Source: Planctomycetota bacterium (lineage in GTDB: Bacteria > Planctomycetota > B15-G4 > SIAN01). Taken from it: DNA of 64,000 nucleotides. Positions 1-9,616 of the stretch are shown one piece after another (position 1 is the first letter of the stretch; every line of letters starts with the position of its first letter). The stretch is from assembly GCA_031409275.1 (NCBI GenBank), contig JANNXA010000055.1, forward strand, positions 32,001-96,000. Reading direction: 5' to 3'. Both the position numbers and the translations under genes were made by a program. Below the pieces are notes generated by a model that saw only the letters and a list, made by a program, of their open reading frames with translations, had not been told where the DNA came from and ran no database searches.

Positions 1-213
1 TTGAAGGCTCTCTCCGATGGCTACGCCGCCCCCACCGAGCCCTATTACCTCGAACCTTCCAAGTTGCTTGATCCCTGGAATCGCCCGTACTTCTTCGTCG
101 CACCCGGCCCGGACTTGCGCCCCTACGAAGTCGTCAGCTACGGCGCCGACGGCGCACCCGGTGGCCAGGGCGAGAACGCTGACATCTCGTCGGTCGACTT
201 GCGAAAGAGCTGA
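1..213 (+). CDS. gspG: T2SS major pseudopilin GspG-like, C-terminal part (truncated by window edge)
   Basis: LLDPWNRPY and VVSYGADGAPGGQGENADISS match the GspG C-terminal signature; heads a pseudopilin cluster. Confidence 0.85.
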   Translation: MKALSDGYAAPTEPYYLEPSKLLDPWNRPYFFVAPGPDLRPYEVVSYGADGAPGGQGENADISSVDLRKS

Positions 214-225
214 CGAGACGGAGCG

Positions 226-693
226 ATGGCGATGACTCACACCGGGAGCTTTCGAGGTCTGACACTGATCGAGGTGCTGGTCACCACGGTCTTGATCGGG
301 CTGGTGGCGGCGGTGCTGCTTCACAGCTTTGGTGACGCGCAGCACGAGCGCGCCGCGTTTCGCGCGCTGCTGCGCGAGCTGCGCGACCTCGACGCGAGGG
401 CCCGTCTGGTGGCGAGAAGTGGCGAAGCGGTCGAGCTGTCCCACGACGGCACGAGTGGCCGGGTCGTCATTCGCGGGAGTGGTGGCGGCAGCATCATTGC
501 CGAGCGCGAGCTACCACCTGGGGCGACCTGTTCGATTCGGCTCAAGGGTGCACGGAGCGCGCGTGCGATCGCTTTTGACCCGATCGGAGCCTCGCGCGAC
601 TACACGCTCGACGTCGAGTTCGGGCAGCAGCGGGCGCGACTCGACGTCGCTGGGCTCACGGGGTGGGTCACGCAGTCGGAGCCATCTCCGTGA
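226..693 (+). CDS. Minor pseudopilin, GspH/FimT-like
   Basis: Prepilin cleavage motif RG|LTLIEVLV plus hydrophobic helix; follows gspG. Confidence 0.75.
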   Translation: MAMTHTGSFRGLTLIEVLVTTVLIGLVAAVLLHSFGDAQHERAAFRALLRELRDLDARARLVARSGEAVELSHDGTSGRVVIRGSGGGSIIAERELPPGATCSIRLKGARSARAIAFDPIGASRDYTLDVEFGQQRARLDVAGLTGWVTQSEPSP

Positions 694-1112
694 GTGGCAG
701 CCGACGCGGGATGACCCTTCTTGAAGTCGTGGTCGCGATCGCGCTGCTCGCGATCATCGCTGTCGTGGTGCTGACGGTCATGATGGCCGCGACCGCGATG
801 ACGGCTCCGAGGCGCGAGTCGATCGACCCGCACGTACTGCGCGCGCTCGTCGAGAAGCACTTTGCGAATGACGAGGCACTTGCGGCCTTTCGTGACGCTG
901 GCGAGCTCACTTTGATGCTCGGGGACACAGGCCATCCCCACGACGTGCGATTGCGGTGGCTGCCTCAAGACGACGGGTCTCGGCTCCACGATTGGATCGA
1001 GGCGATCTGCGATGAAGAGAGAGTCCTCCTCTACGTCCGGCGACCGCGCGATGACGCCGTAGGTGCTGAAGCCTCGGTAAGGGCGCCTTCCACGAGTGAG
1101 CCGCGCAAATGA
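690..1112 (+). CDS. Minor pseudopilin, GspI-like
   Basis: GTG start overlaps upstream stop (GTGA); RRG|MTLLEVVVAIALL prepilin motif. Confidence 0.75.
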   Translation: MSGSRRGMTLLEVVVAIALLAIIAVVVLTVMMAATAMTAPRRESIDPHVLRALVEKHFANDEALAAFRDAGELTLMLGDTGHPHDVRLRWLPQDDGSRLHDWIEAICDEERVLLYVRRPRDDAVGAEASVRAPSTSEPRK

Positions 1113-1633
1113 AGCGTCGCGCCGCGGCTGGGCTCACGCTGCTCGAAGTGCTCCTCGCGGTGGCACTGCTGGCGACGGTCGTGTCCGGGACTTCGTGGTT
1201 TCTGCTGACGGCAGCAAAGCGAGCGGTCACCTCCGCGGCGGTAGTCGACGAGCGTGTCGCGCTGGCGGCGCTGTTTGCGGCGATCGATCGCGACCTCATC
1301 GTCGGCGATACAGATGCAAACGCCGTCGAAGGGAAGAGTGGCCGGGTGGCGGTCTCGTCGGATGGCCTGTGGATCGCGACGCGATCGAGCACCACGCACG
1401 TCGGTGCGGTGATCCGCGAGTACACCTGGCGCGCGACTACCCGGGAACTCCTGAGCGTCGAGCGCGCCCGCCTTAGCGCGACCACGGAGTCAAGCGTTCC
1501 GACAGCGGCGCGTGTCGTGCTCGGCGGGGTCGTCGCGTTCGCGACCGAACTGAGCCCGGGTAAAGAGTCGCTTGAGGTCGCCGTCGAGCTTGCATCCGGA
1601 GCAGGGATGCGCCGCGAATGGTCTCTGCCATGA
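1109..1633 (+). CDS. Minor pseudopilin, GspJ-like
   Basis: AG|LTLLEVLLAVALL prepilin motif; ATGA coupling to upstream gene. Confidence 0.75.
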   Translation: MKRRAAAGLTLLEVLLAVALLATVVSGTSWFLLTAAKRAVTSAAVVDERVALAALFAAIDRDLIVGDTDANAVEGKSGRVAVSSDGLWIATRSSTTHVGAVIREYTWRATTRELLSVERARLSATTESSVPTAARVVLGGVVAFATELSPGKESLEVAVELASGAGMRREWSLP

Positions 1634-2544
1634 ACGCGCGCGAAGCCGAGCCAGCGCGCCGCCCACGCAAGCCGCAGCGAAGCGAGCGGCGGGGAGCGGC
1701 ACTGCTCTTCGCGCTCGCGGTCCTTGCGTTGTTGATGCCCCTTTGCCTCGGCCTCTCAAAGACGATCACCACGTCGGCGCTCAGTCATCACGTCGATCAA
1801 GGCGTACGACTCGTTGACGACCTCCTCGCCGCATCCGAGGGGGCCATCGAAGAGTGGCTGGTGCACGAGGCGCGCTCGCTCGTCCTGCCGCCAAACAACC
1901 TGTATCCCGCCGCCTTGGTACTCGCCGATCACTTCGAATCAGACGGGGTGGATCGCGAGCTGACGATCATCGCGTGGGACCAACACGGGCTCGTGCCGCT
2001 CGCGATTGCGCGTGGCGCCTCGCCGCTGCGACTGGCGCTACCGCGTGGGGTGGCAAGCGCAATCGATCACGGCCCAAGCGGCGGTGAGCACCCGGGGCTC
2101 GACTGGTACCTCGAAAATGGCGACGGCGAAGCATTCCCGCCGATGCCACGGATCGAGAGCTCTACCGGGGAAGCAGTCCTTCGCTGGCCACAATCGACCG
2201 GGAGCAGCGTCGGCGCCTGGATCGCGACGCACGGTAGTGCTGCCATCAACGTCAGCACCGCTCCCATCGCCATCGTCGATGCCGCCCTGCGCGAGCTTGG
2301 CCGTGGCGGGATCGACCTCATCGTCGCTGCACGAGAGAAAGGCGAGTCGGTCCCCGTGCCGGCGCTTGATGGCAGCCACCGTCGCGACGAGCGGCCTGGC
2401 TTCGACTTGGTGTCGAGCAGCGATTGCTTCGCGTTTCGGATCGAGGCGCGGGCGGGACGCGCCAAGCGCAGTATCTGGGCGATCTACGACATGCACGAAG
2501 GGAAGTGGCGACTTGCGCAACGCCTCCTCATCCAGGGTGAGTGA
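1630..2544 (+). CDS. Pseudopilin GspK-like
   Basis: RRG|AALLFALAVL (no Glu5, typical of GspK); INVSTAP motif; C-terminal SSDCFAFRIEA. Confidence 0.75.
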   Translation: MNAREAEPARRPRKPQRSERRGAALLFALAVLALLMPLCLGLSKTITTSALSHHVDQGVRLVDDLLAASEGAIEEWLVHEARSLVLPPNNLYPAALVLADHFESDGVDRELTIIAWDQHGLVPLAIARGASPLRLALPRGVASAIDHGPSGGEHPGLDWYLENGDGEAFPPMPRIESSTGEAVLRWPQSTGSSVGAWIATHGSAAINVSTAPIAIVDAALRELGRGGIDLIVAAREKGESVPVPALDGSHRRDERPGFDLVSSSDCFAFRIEARAGRAKRSIWAIYDMHEGKWRLAQRLLIQGE

Positions 2545-3034
2545 GCCCTCCCGCGATCCGCGGCGAGTTTGGCGGCGCCGTTTCGCGGCGATCTGCGGGG
2601 GCGGCGCGTTGCTCGGCGGGGCGCTGGCGCAGTGGGCGCTGTCTCCGTTACCCGCGACCGATGACGTCCTTGAGAAAGATGTCCCTACGGAGGCCGCACC
2701 GGCGGCGGTGGCGGACAAAGTCCTCGCAGTCGATCGACGAGCGTTTGAGCGCCAGCTCTGGTGGGTGCTGCCGAAACTCGATGCCACCACGAAGAGTGAT
2801 GCCAGCGCGCAGCCGCCGCCCGCGCTGCCCCTCGAACTCGACTTGATCGGTGTCACGGAAGTGGGCGGTGTCTTGATCGCCGCCCTCTATGACCGACGCG
2901 CGGACCGACTGCGCCTTGTGCGTCAGGGCGAGCGGATCGAGGATGCGGACGTGGTCGAAGTCACGACGGAGCGGGTGCGACTGACGCGCCAAGACGGCGA
3001 GCTGCTGCTGACCCGACGCAGGCCAGGCCCATGA
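2537..3034 (+). CDS. T2SS accessory membrane protein, GspC/PilP-like
   Basis: N-terminal TM helix, then LDLIGV..AALYD..LVRQGERI..VVEV beta-sandwich pattern; in-frame GTG at 2537 overlaps the gspK end. Confidence 0.55.
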   Translation: MSEPSRDPRRVWRRRFAAICGGGALLGGALAQWALSPLPATDDVLEKDVPTEAAPAAVADKVLAVDRRAFERQLWWVLPKLDATTKSDASAQPPPALPLELDLIGVTEVGGVLIAALYDRRADRLRLVRQGERIEDADVVEVTTERVRLTRQDGELLLTRRRPGP

Positions 3035-3942
3035 CCGACGCCGCGCCACCGACGCCCCACTGCGAGCGGCTCACTTGGCCGTCGTCACGCTGCTACTTCG
3101 CACTGCTCGATGCGTCGCGCGTGCCAGGCGGTGAGCGTGTCAGCGAAGAGCGCCTGCGCTTCATACTGGAGCCAGAGCTCCCGGAGCCGCTCGAAGACGT
3201 GCACGCGGCGTTTTTGAGAGTCAGCGCGACGCAGTGGATCGCGTGCGCGGTGCCGCGCCGGGCGATTGAGGCGGAGGTCGCAGCCAGCGTCGTGTCGCTG
3301 ACACCGGATGCCATTCCGAAGCAGCTGCTTGACGCGGTCGCCGCGATCGAAGGGTCGATCGCCCCCAGCGACTTTGAACTGCTGATCGGCGACTACGAAC
3401 CCAAGACGATCCGCGCGTGGCGGCGGCGCTGCATCACGGGTGCGATTACCGTCGTGGTGGTCGTGCTGGCCATCGCGCTCATCGGAGTCGAGCGGCGCAT
3501 TCGACAAGCGATCGGCCATGCTGAGAAGCTCCGAGCGCAACGCTTCGAACTCGTGGCGAAGGCGCTTGGCGAGGCGGGCGCAGCTGCATCGCTACCGCCG
3601 GAGCTTCGCCTCGTGGCGGCACTTCGCGCCCTGCGCCAGACCCGCCGTCAGGGGGACGCGATCGCGCCGGCACGCGATGCAACGGACGTGCTTGAGCAGC
3701 TGCTTCGAAGCTGGCCAGAGTCACTGCCGACGCGCACGGACTCGGTGGTGATCTCGGAGACGGCGGTCCACGTCCGCGGCATCGTCGCCGACAGCGACGC
3801 GGCGCAGTCGCTGGCATCCGCGACGGCGCCGCTTGCGGGGTTTGAGGCGGCGTTTCCGGCGGTGCAGTCCGCACCCGATGGCTGGCGCTTCGGGCTCGCA
3901 TGGCAGCGCAAGTCCACGGCGACTGGAGGGCAACAACCATGA
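3031..3942 (+). CDS. T2SS platform protein, GspL/PilN-like
   Basis: Cytoplasmic LPEPLEDVH segment, central TM helix, periplasmic VHVRGIV domain; operon position. Confidence 0.65.
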   Translation: MTDAAPPTPHCERLTWPSSRCYFALLDASRVPGGERVSEERLRFILEPELPEPLEDVHAAFLRVSATQWIACAVPRRAIEAEVAASVVSLTPDAIPKQLLDAVAAIEGSIAPSDFELLIGDYEPKTIRAWRRRCITGAITVVVVVLAIALIGVERRIRQAIGHAEKLRAQRFELVAKALGEAGAAASLPPELRLVAALRALRQTRRQGDAIAPARDATDVLEQLLRSWPESLPTRTDSVVISETAVHVRGIVADSDAAQSLASATAPLAGFEAAFPAVQSAPDGWRFGLAWQRKSTATGGQQP

Positions 3943-4478
3943 AGCGATCGCACGGTCGACTCATGGTGATGGCGGTCACGGCGGTGGCGGTCTTCACTGT
4001 CACGCTGCGGGCGCGCGCGCTTGGCGACGCGGTGGAGGCGGTGGAGGTGGAGGCTCGCGCCACGCATCAGACGACAAAAGACCTCCGCGAACTGGCGATG
4101 CTCAAGACGCAACGCGCGGTGGTCGCCGAAGCGAAGCGCCCCACCAACGACGTCATCGCGCAGGTGAACGCGGTGTTGCGCGACGCCGGGATCCCGACCG
4201 GAAGGCTGAAGTCGCTCGATCCGGAGGCCGACGTGCCACTTGGCGGGCGCTACCGCAGCCAGACCATTCGGCTCGCCCTCGATCGATTGGCACTCGGCGA
4301 AGTGGCCAGCTTTTTGTCGGCGTGGCGGGGTGCTGAGACGGTCTGGACGCCGCGATCGATCGAGCTGACCCATGTCGCTGCGACCGATGGAGCTGACCTT
4401 GGCGTTGACGTGCGAATCGTCATCGCCGCGACCTATCTCGCGGAACTAGCGGAACTTGTCCAGGAGCCCTCTCGATGA
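3939..4478 (+). CDS. T2SS platform protein, GspM/PilO-like
   Basis: N-terminal TM helix, coiled coil, ferredoxin-like pattern; follows GspL-like gene with ATGA overlap. Confidence 0.55.
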   Translation: MKRSHGRLMVMAVTAVAVFTVTLRARALGDAVEAVEVEARATHQTTKDLRELAMLKTQRAVVAEAKRPTNDVIAQVNAVLRDAGIPTGRLKSLDPEADVPLGGRYRSQTIRLALDRLALGEVASFLSAWRGAETVWTPRSIELTHVAATDGADLGVDVRIVIAATYLAELAELVQEPSR

Positions 4479-5062
4479 GCACTTCGCCACGCCACCGCCA
4501 CCGCATGGTCGTGCTCGCGATGGTCGCCGCAGCTGCCGGATGCGCGGGTCCCTCGATCGCAGGGCCCTACAGCACCACCGATCCTGCGCACCGCGACGCT
4601 TCAAAAGCCGAGACGCTCACGCGCGACGCCGTCGAGTGCGCGGATGCCGATGCTGCACGCGCGGAAGCGCTGCTGCGCGAGGCGCTCACCGCCGATCTCT
4701 TCCACGGCCCCGCCCACAACAACTTGGGCGTCCTCTACTTTCGCCAGGGAAAGCTCTACGAGGCGGCCAACGAGTTTGAGTGGGCGAGGAAGCTCCTGCC
4801 GGGGCACCCCGATCCGCGCCTGAACCTCGCGCTCGTGCTTGAGCGCGCGGGTCAGGTGACGGAAGCGTTCACGGCGTATGACGCGGCGCTCGAGGCAGCG
4901 CCCGAGCACGTGCCGACGATGCAGGCGTACGCGCGGCTGGCGGTGCGGGAGGGAAGGCGGGACGAGAAGGTCGACGCGATGGTGAAGGCGATTGCGCTGC
5001 GGGGGGAGGATGAGCGGTGGCGAGCGTGGGCGCGCGCGCAAATGGCGCAAGTGGACCGGTAG
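4475..5062 (+). CDS. TPR lipoprotein (pilotin/PilF-like)
   Basis: Lipobox-like AAGC; TPR motifs AHNNLGVLY and PRLNLALVL; last gene of the operon. Confidence 0.7.
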   Translation: MSTSPRHRHRMVVLAMVAAAAGCAGPSIAGPYSTTDPAHRDASKAETLTRDAVECADADAARAEALLREALTADLFHGPAHNNLGVLYFRQGKLYEAANEFEWARKLLPGHPDPRLNLALVLERAGQVTEAFTAYDAALEAAPEHVPTMQAYARLAVREGRRDEKVDAMVKAIALRGEDERWRAWARAQMAQVDR

Positions 5063-5101
5063 CGTTGCGACGGAATCAGTGTCGCGAGTCGAGCGCTGCC
5101 G

Positions 5102-6412
5102 TCATCGTCCCGAACCCGCGGGCTTTCGTTCGACCGAGACGTCCAGCTCGACGATCCCGCCGGCAAGCAGCGTTCCGGTCTCATCGAAGAACCGCAGATG
5201 CCCAAGTTCGGCACGGCGGACGAGTTCCGCTACGGAAAGGTGAGCTGTACCGACGTTGTCGTGGTCCTCGAGATCACGATCCCGAATCGTCACCGTGACA
5301 AGGCGCCCATCGCTCGCCGCCGTGTAGGGCAGCGTGAAACGCAGTCCCCAATGCGGCAAGAAGTCATCCTGATCGAACGTCCCCTCGCCGCCGAACATGT
5401 GGCCATCGACTTCAACGACAACGAAGCAGTCCGGTGCGGCCGATCCCCTTGAGACCGCGCCGCTCAGCAACGAGGCCGCACTCGTGACGAGCGGATTGGT
5501 CGTGGCGAGTAGCGCCAGCTCCTTCCCGAACTTCGAGACGTCGGCCCCGCCACCGAGCCCATCCCACGGCTTCCCCGACACTGGCTTCGCGGGGAGGATT
5601 ACTGCGCCCTGAATCGTGATCACGAGGTCAACGATCTCGGTCGCTGCGATGCGGGCATCGACGTATGAGGTATCGAGTTCGTGCTGCCGCGCTTGCTTGA
5701 AGCATTCGCACGCTCGGTCGAAGGACCGCTGATCACCACGTGCAGCAGCCGCTTCACCATCGGCCATCGACTTTGCGAAAGACGCTTCGCGATCAGCGTC
5801 CGGCCGGTCCTGTGCCTGACGAGCCCGCTCAAACTCCGCTGTCGCACCACCCCAATCCCGCGTGCTCAAGAATCGCCGCGCCGCTGCAACTCGCAGGTCG
5901 TACTCGACTGTCCGTGCAAGAGCGTCTGCCGTCCTGGCCTTGGCAAGAAGCTCTGACGCCTCGTCGCTCGGAGCGAGGGTCGCCGCGCGAGCAAGGAGTT
6001 CGACTGCCTCCGAGAACCGCTCCTGCTCAAGCGCCAGCCGACCATCACGCAAGCTTGCTGAACCTTCGACTGCCTGCGACTGCTGAAGACGGGCGCGGAC
6101 ATCCTCCGAAGGCCTTAACTGGTAGGCTCGCTCAAGGTGGCCGAGTGCTGCGCGATCATCGTGCAAGGCGCTGCTTTGGGTGGCGAGCGCCAGGTGCAGA
6201 TCGGCGGCGTGCTCGCGAGCTTCAAGGAGCCGTGCCTTGATCACCGCGATCGCGGCCGGGTCGTTCGTCGCCCGAACCGCCTCCTCATAGGCACCAACGG
6301 CCGCGTCCCAGTCATCTCTCGCGCGGGCCGCGTCGCCACGCTCAATTGCGGACGTACAGCCGATGCACATACCAAGGGAAACGCTCAGCATCATCCCCAA
6401 CAAGTGCTTCAT
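5102..6412 (-). CDS. Lipoprotein with TPR-like repeats and C-terminal C2-like domain
   Basis: Signal MKHLLGMMLSVSLGMCIGC; helical repeats; C-terminal PDCFVVV..LPHW..VTIRDRDLEDHDNVG. Confidence 0.6.
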   Translation of the reverse strand: MKHLLGMMLSVSLGMCIGCTSAIERGDAARARDDWDAAVGAYEEAVRATNDPAAIAVIKARLLEAREHAADLHLALATQSSALHDDRAALGHLERAYQLRPSEDVRARLQQSQAVEGSASLRDGRLALEQERFSEAVELLARAATLAPSDEASELLAKARTADALARTVEYDLRVAAARRFLSTRDWGGATAEFERARQAQDRPDADREASFAKSMADGEAAAARGDQRSFDRACECFKQARQHELDTSYVDARIAATEIVDLVITIQGAVILPAKPVSGKPWDGLGGGADVSKFGKELALLATTNPLVTSAASLLSGAVSRGSAAPDCFVVVEVDGHMFGGEGTFDQDDFLPHWGLRFTLPYTAASDGRLVTVTIRDRDLEDHDNVGTAHLSVAELVRRAELGHLRFFDETGTLLAGGIVELDVSVERKPAGSGR

Positions 6413-6539
6413 TGCTCGCCCCTCAGCGCAATTGGCAGGTCCGGACATCACCGTGGCAGTACGAAGGCTACCATCGTTGTAGTTCATGGTGTACGTAACC
6501 ATTGAATCGAATCACATCCCCAATCGTGAGGAGCACTCG

Positions 6540-7058
6540 TTGAAACGCGAGAAGCGCCTGTCCGCATCGTCGTCCACCCTCACCCTCGGCGACCTGTCGC
6601 GCCTCCTGCGCGAGCGCGAGTCGGCGATCGCCGAGATGACCTCTCGTCGTGACGCTCTCGCGGCGGAGATCGCGCGGGTCGACGAGGAGGTCGCCGCGGC
6701 GGTGGGTGAAGTGACGATGAAGCGCGGTCGCAAACCCGGCAAACGTGGTCCAGGTCGACCGCCGAAGATCGCGACGAAGGCGAAGCGCGGTCGTCCAGCC
6801 ACGGCGGCGAAAACCATGGAAAAGGCCAAGCGCTCCGGCCGCCCCGCCGGTCCGAAGGGGCAGAGCGGCCTCCACAATGCGATCCGTGCAGCGCTGACGG
6901 GCGCGACCGATCCGGTGAAGGCGGTCAACATCGCGAAGATGGTGCTCGCCAGTGGCTACGAGACCAAGAGCAAGGTCTTTCATCTCATCATCGGGCATCG
7001 GCTCGCCGAGATGTCGGACGTGGTGAAGCCTGAGCGCGGGCTGTACGCGCTGAGGTGA
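6540..7058 (+). CDS. Putative nucleoid-associated DNA-binding protein
   Basis: GAGGAG upstream of TTG 6540; coiled coil, basic RGRKP/PGRPPK/RGRP repeats, C-terminal wHTH-like segment. Confidence 0.6.
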   Translation: MKREKRLSASSSTLTLGDLSRLLRERESAIAEMTSRRDALAAEIARVDEEVAAAVGEVTMKRGRKPGKRGPGRPPKIATKAKRGRPATAAKTMEKAKRSGRPAGPKGQSGLHNAIRAALTGATDPVKAVNIAKMVLASGYETKSKVFHLIIGHRLAEMSDVVKPERGLYALR

Positions 7059-8026
7059 ATCGCCCAGGTGCCAAAAGGACAACACGTCGACCGCCGCGCA
7101 GTCGAGCATGTTCAATTCGGTTGCCGTCAACGCGTCGGCGTGCTCATCCGCCGTTGATCCGTCCGTCGAAGGTCTATCTCGACACGTCGCACTGGATTGG
7201 GCTGAGTCAGGGGCGGCATGCCGCGCCGGCGTTCGAGAGGCTCGTCGCAAATGGCGCCATCGCCCCGGTGCTCTCGTTCGCGCACATAAGTGACCTCGCT
7301 GCCAACGCCGACCGTAGCGGCCGTTCGCGCGCGGGAATGTACCTCGATCGAGTGTGCACCCTCGGAGCGGTCTTGTGGGTCCAGGGGTTGAACACGTGTG
7401 CCGCTGACGAGCTTCAAGCGTTCTACGAAACGGTGAAGCTGAAGCGACCGTTGGCGCAGCGGCGGTCTCCGTTCTCGACGATGCTGGTGGACTCTCTCGA
7501 CTTCAAGAATCACAGCAATCCGATCGACCTTGAAGCAGCGCGCCGTTTTGAGCGCAAACACTCTGTCGCCGAGATCATCGACGCCGTTGCTCAGTCCCCA
7601 GGGCGACCCGAGTACGCAGAGTTTCGGGCACAGCTTCCAGCCTCGATCACGAGAATTCGCGAGAGCCGCGGAGCTCTGAAAAGGTTCACATCGAGCGAGA
7701 TTCGGCAGTTCGTGCGCGACATCATCGCGAAGGCAAGCTTGGTTTTTCGGTCAGGCGCCGAGCAGGAGTTGTTCGTTGACGCGGTTCTTGCTCGTCAGGA
7801 CGAGCATCCTGCGCTGAACTTGCGACTGCGGTATCGACAGGGCGGCATCCTCACCGATAGCCCCGCTGCGCCGAGCGACGTCGAGGACTACGACCACCTT
7901 GCCGGATTCGCGTACTGCGACGTCGCATTCGCTGACAAGCGCACGATCGACGCCTTGCGGCGCGCAGGTTGCGACCGCCTTCCCCTGCCAAATGGCTGCT
8001 TTGATCGATGGCTCAAAGAGCGATAA
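7055..8026 (+). CDS. Hypothetical protein, PIN-like fold (start uncertain)
   Basis: VYLDTS near N-terminus; acidic C-terminal DVEDYDHL..CDVAFADK. Confidence 0.5.
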   Translation: MNRPGAKRTTRRPPRSRACSIRLPSTRRRAHPPLIRPSKVYLDTSHWIGLSQGRHAAPAFERLVANGAIAPVLSFAHISDLAANADRSGRSRAGMYLDRVCTLGAVLWVQGLNTCAADELQAFYETVKLKRPLAQRRSPFSTMLVDSLDFKNHSNPIDLEAARRFERKHSVAEIIDAVAQSPGRPEYAEFRAQLPASITRIRESRGALKRFTSSEIRQFVRDIIAKASLVFRSGAEQELFVDAVLARQDEHPALNLRLRYRQGGILTDSPAAPSDVEDYDHLAGFAYCDVAFADKRTIDALRRAGCDRLPLPNGCFDRWLKER

Positions 8027-8105
8027 TCGAAGCGGCGATCGGGGACCGTCCGCAGCACGGTTGAGTCAATTGATGGCGCTTCCCAATCCCGGGGAGCACC
8101 GTGCG

Positions 8106-9590
8106 ATGGCTGCGAATCCGCCGATCCATGAAGTTGAGATGTCGCTCGCCGACCTTGACGCCGCCCGCGCCGCCTACAACCCCCGCCTGATGCCCGAGCA
8201 CGAGGCCGCCGCCCTCAAGACCTCGATCGAACGCTTCGGACTCGTCCAACCGCTGATCTGGAACGCCCGCACCAAGCGCCTGGTCGGCGGCCACCAGCGC
8301 CTCGATGCCCTCCTCGCCATCGGTGAGACCCGTACCAAAGTGATCGTCGTCGACCTCGACGAGTGGGACGAGAAGGCGCTCAACCTCGCGCTCAACAAGG
8401 TCCACGGCGAATGGGACTGGCCAAAGCTCGACGCCCTCCTCCACGAGCTCGCCGAGCGCAATCCCGAGCTTCCTGCGATCGCCGGCTTCACCGAAGAGGA
8501 GATGCAGCAGATCACGGACGAGGGGCATCTGCTCTACCTGCGGCTGAGCGAAGCAAAGGCGGCAGCTCGCGCAGTCGAGGTGGCGAACGCCGCAGTCGTC
8601 GACCCCGCCGTCGATGACGGCGGCCCTGAGGAAGCGCCCGAGCAGCCGGTGACGCAGCTTGGCGACCTCTGGATCCTCGGCGACCACCGCCTCCTGTGCG
8701 GCGACTCGACCAAGGGGGATGACATCGCCCGCGTCCTCGCCGGCGAACAGGCCACTCTACTCGCGACCGACCCGCCTTACTGCGTCGACTACACCGGCAC
8801 CAACCGACCGAGCAGCGTCCGCGGCAAGTCGGGCGGCAAGGACTGGACGGACGTCTACCGCGAGATCGACATCCCTGACCTCGGGAGGTTCATTGACGCC
8901 TTCTTCACAGCGGTGCTGCCGCATCTGGCGGCGGACGCGCCGATCTACATCTGGCACGCGCACACCCAGCAGCCGGTGCTGCTCGCGACGTTCGCCAAGC
9001 ACAAGATCCTCTTCCATCAGGTGATCATCTGGGTGAAGCCGACCGGCGTCTTTGGCCACTGCTACTTCCAGTGGCGGCACGAGCCGGCAGCGTTTGGGTG
9101 GCGTCAGGGCCACATGCCGGCGCACGGTCAAGCGCAGCTCGACACGGTCTGGGAGTGCGACTGGGACGGCAAGGCGCGCTTCTCGACGTTTCACCCGACG
9201 TCCAAGCCGCCCAAGTTGTTCGAGATCCCGATGGCGCTGCACACCAAGCCGGGGGACATCGTGCTCGAAGGCTTCTCTGGCAGCGGTAGTCAGATCATCG
9301 CAGCGGAGCGCATGGGCCGCAGATGCCGGGCGATCGAGCTGTCGCCGGCGTTCGTCGACGGGACGATCCTGCGCTGGCAGAAGGCCACCGGAAAACTGGC
9401 GCGACTCGAGGGGGATGGACGGACGTTCGCGGAGGTCACTGGCGCGCGCGCTCTTGAGCCCGCCGCCGAGGCGGTCGCCACCACGACCACCGTGGTCGCC
9501 GCACCGGCGGTGCCGGCCGCGTCGGCGTCGGCGAGGCCGCAGCGATCGGCGCGGCGCTTCAAGGCGACCACGCGCGCGGCAGCACCGTGA
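8106..9590 (+). CDS. ParB-like N-terminal domain fused to N6A/N4C DNA methyltransferase (copy A)
   Basis: YNPR..SIERFGLVQPLIWN..VGGHQRL (ParB); HRLLCGDS, TDPPY, HPTSKP, EGFSGSGS (beta-class MTase). Confidence 0.9.
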   Translation: MAANPPIHEVEMSLADLDAARAAYNPRLMPEHEAAALKTSIERFGLVQPLIWNARTKRLVGGHQRLDALLAIGETRTKVIVVDLDEWDEKALNLALNKVHGEWDWPKLDALLHELAERNPELPAIAGFTEEEMQQITDEGHLLYLRLSEAKAAARAVEVANAAVVDPAVDDGGPEEAPEQPVTQLGDLWILGDHRLLCGDSTKGDDIARVLAGEQATLLATDPPYCVDYTGTNRPSSVRGKSGGKDWTDVYREIDIPDLGRFIDAFFTAVLPHLAADAPIYIWHAHTQQPVLLATFAKHKILFHQVIIWVKPTGVFGHCYFQWRHEPAAFGWRQGHMPAHGQAQLDTVWECDWDGKARFSTFHPTSKPPKLFEIPMALHTKPGDIVLEGFSGSGSQIIAAERMGRRCRAIELSPAFVDGTILRWQKATGKLARLEGDGRTFAEVTGARALEPAAEAVATTTTVVAAPAVPAASASARPQRSARRFKATTRAAAP

Positions 9591-9616
9591 GTGCGCACTA
9601 ACCACGGGAGCGCGCG

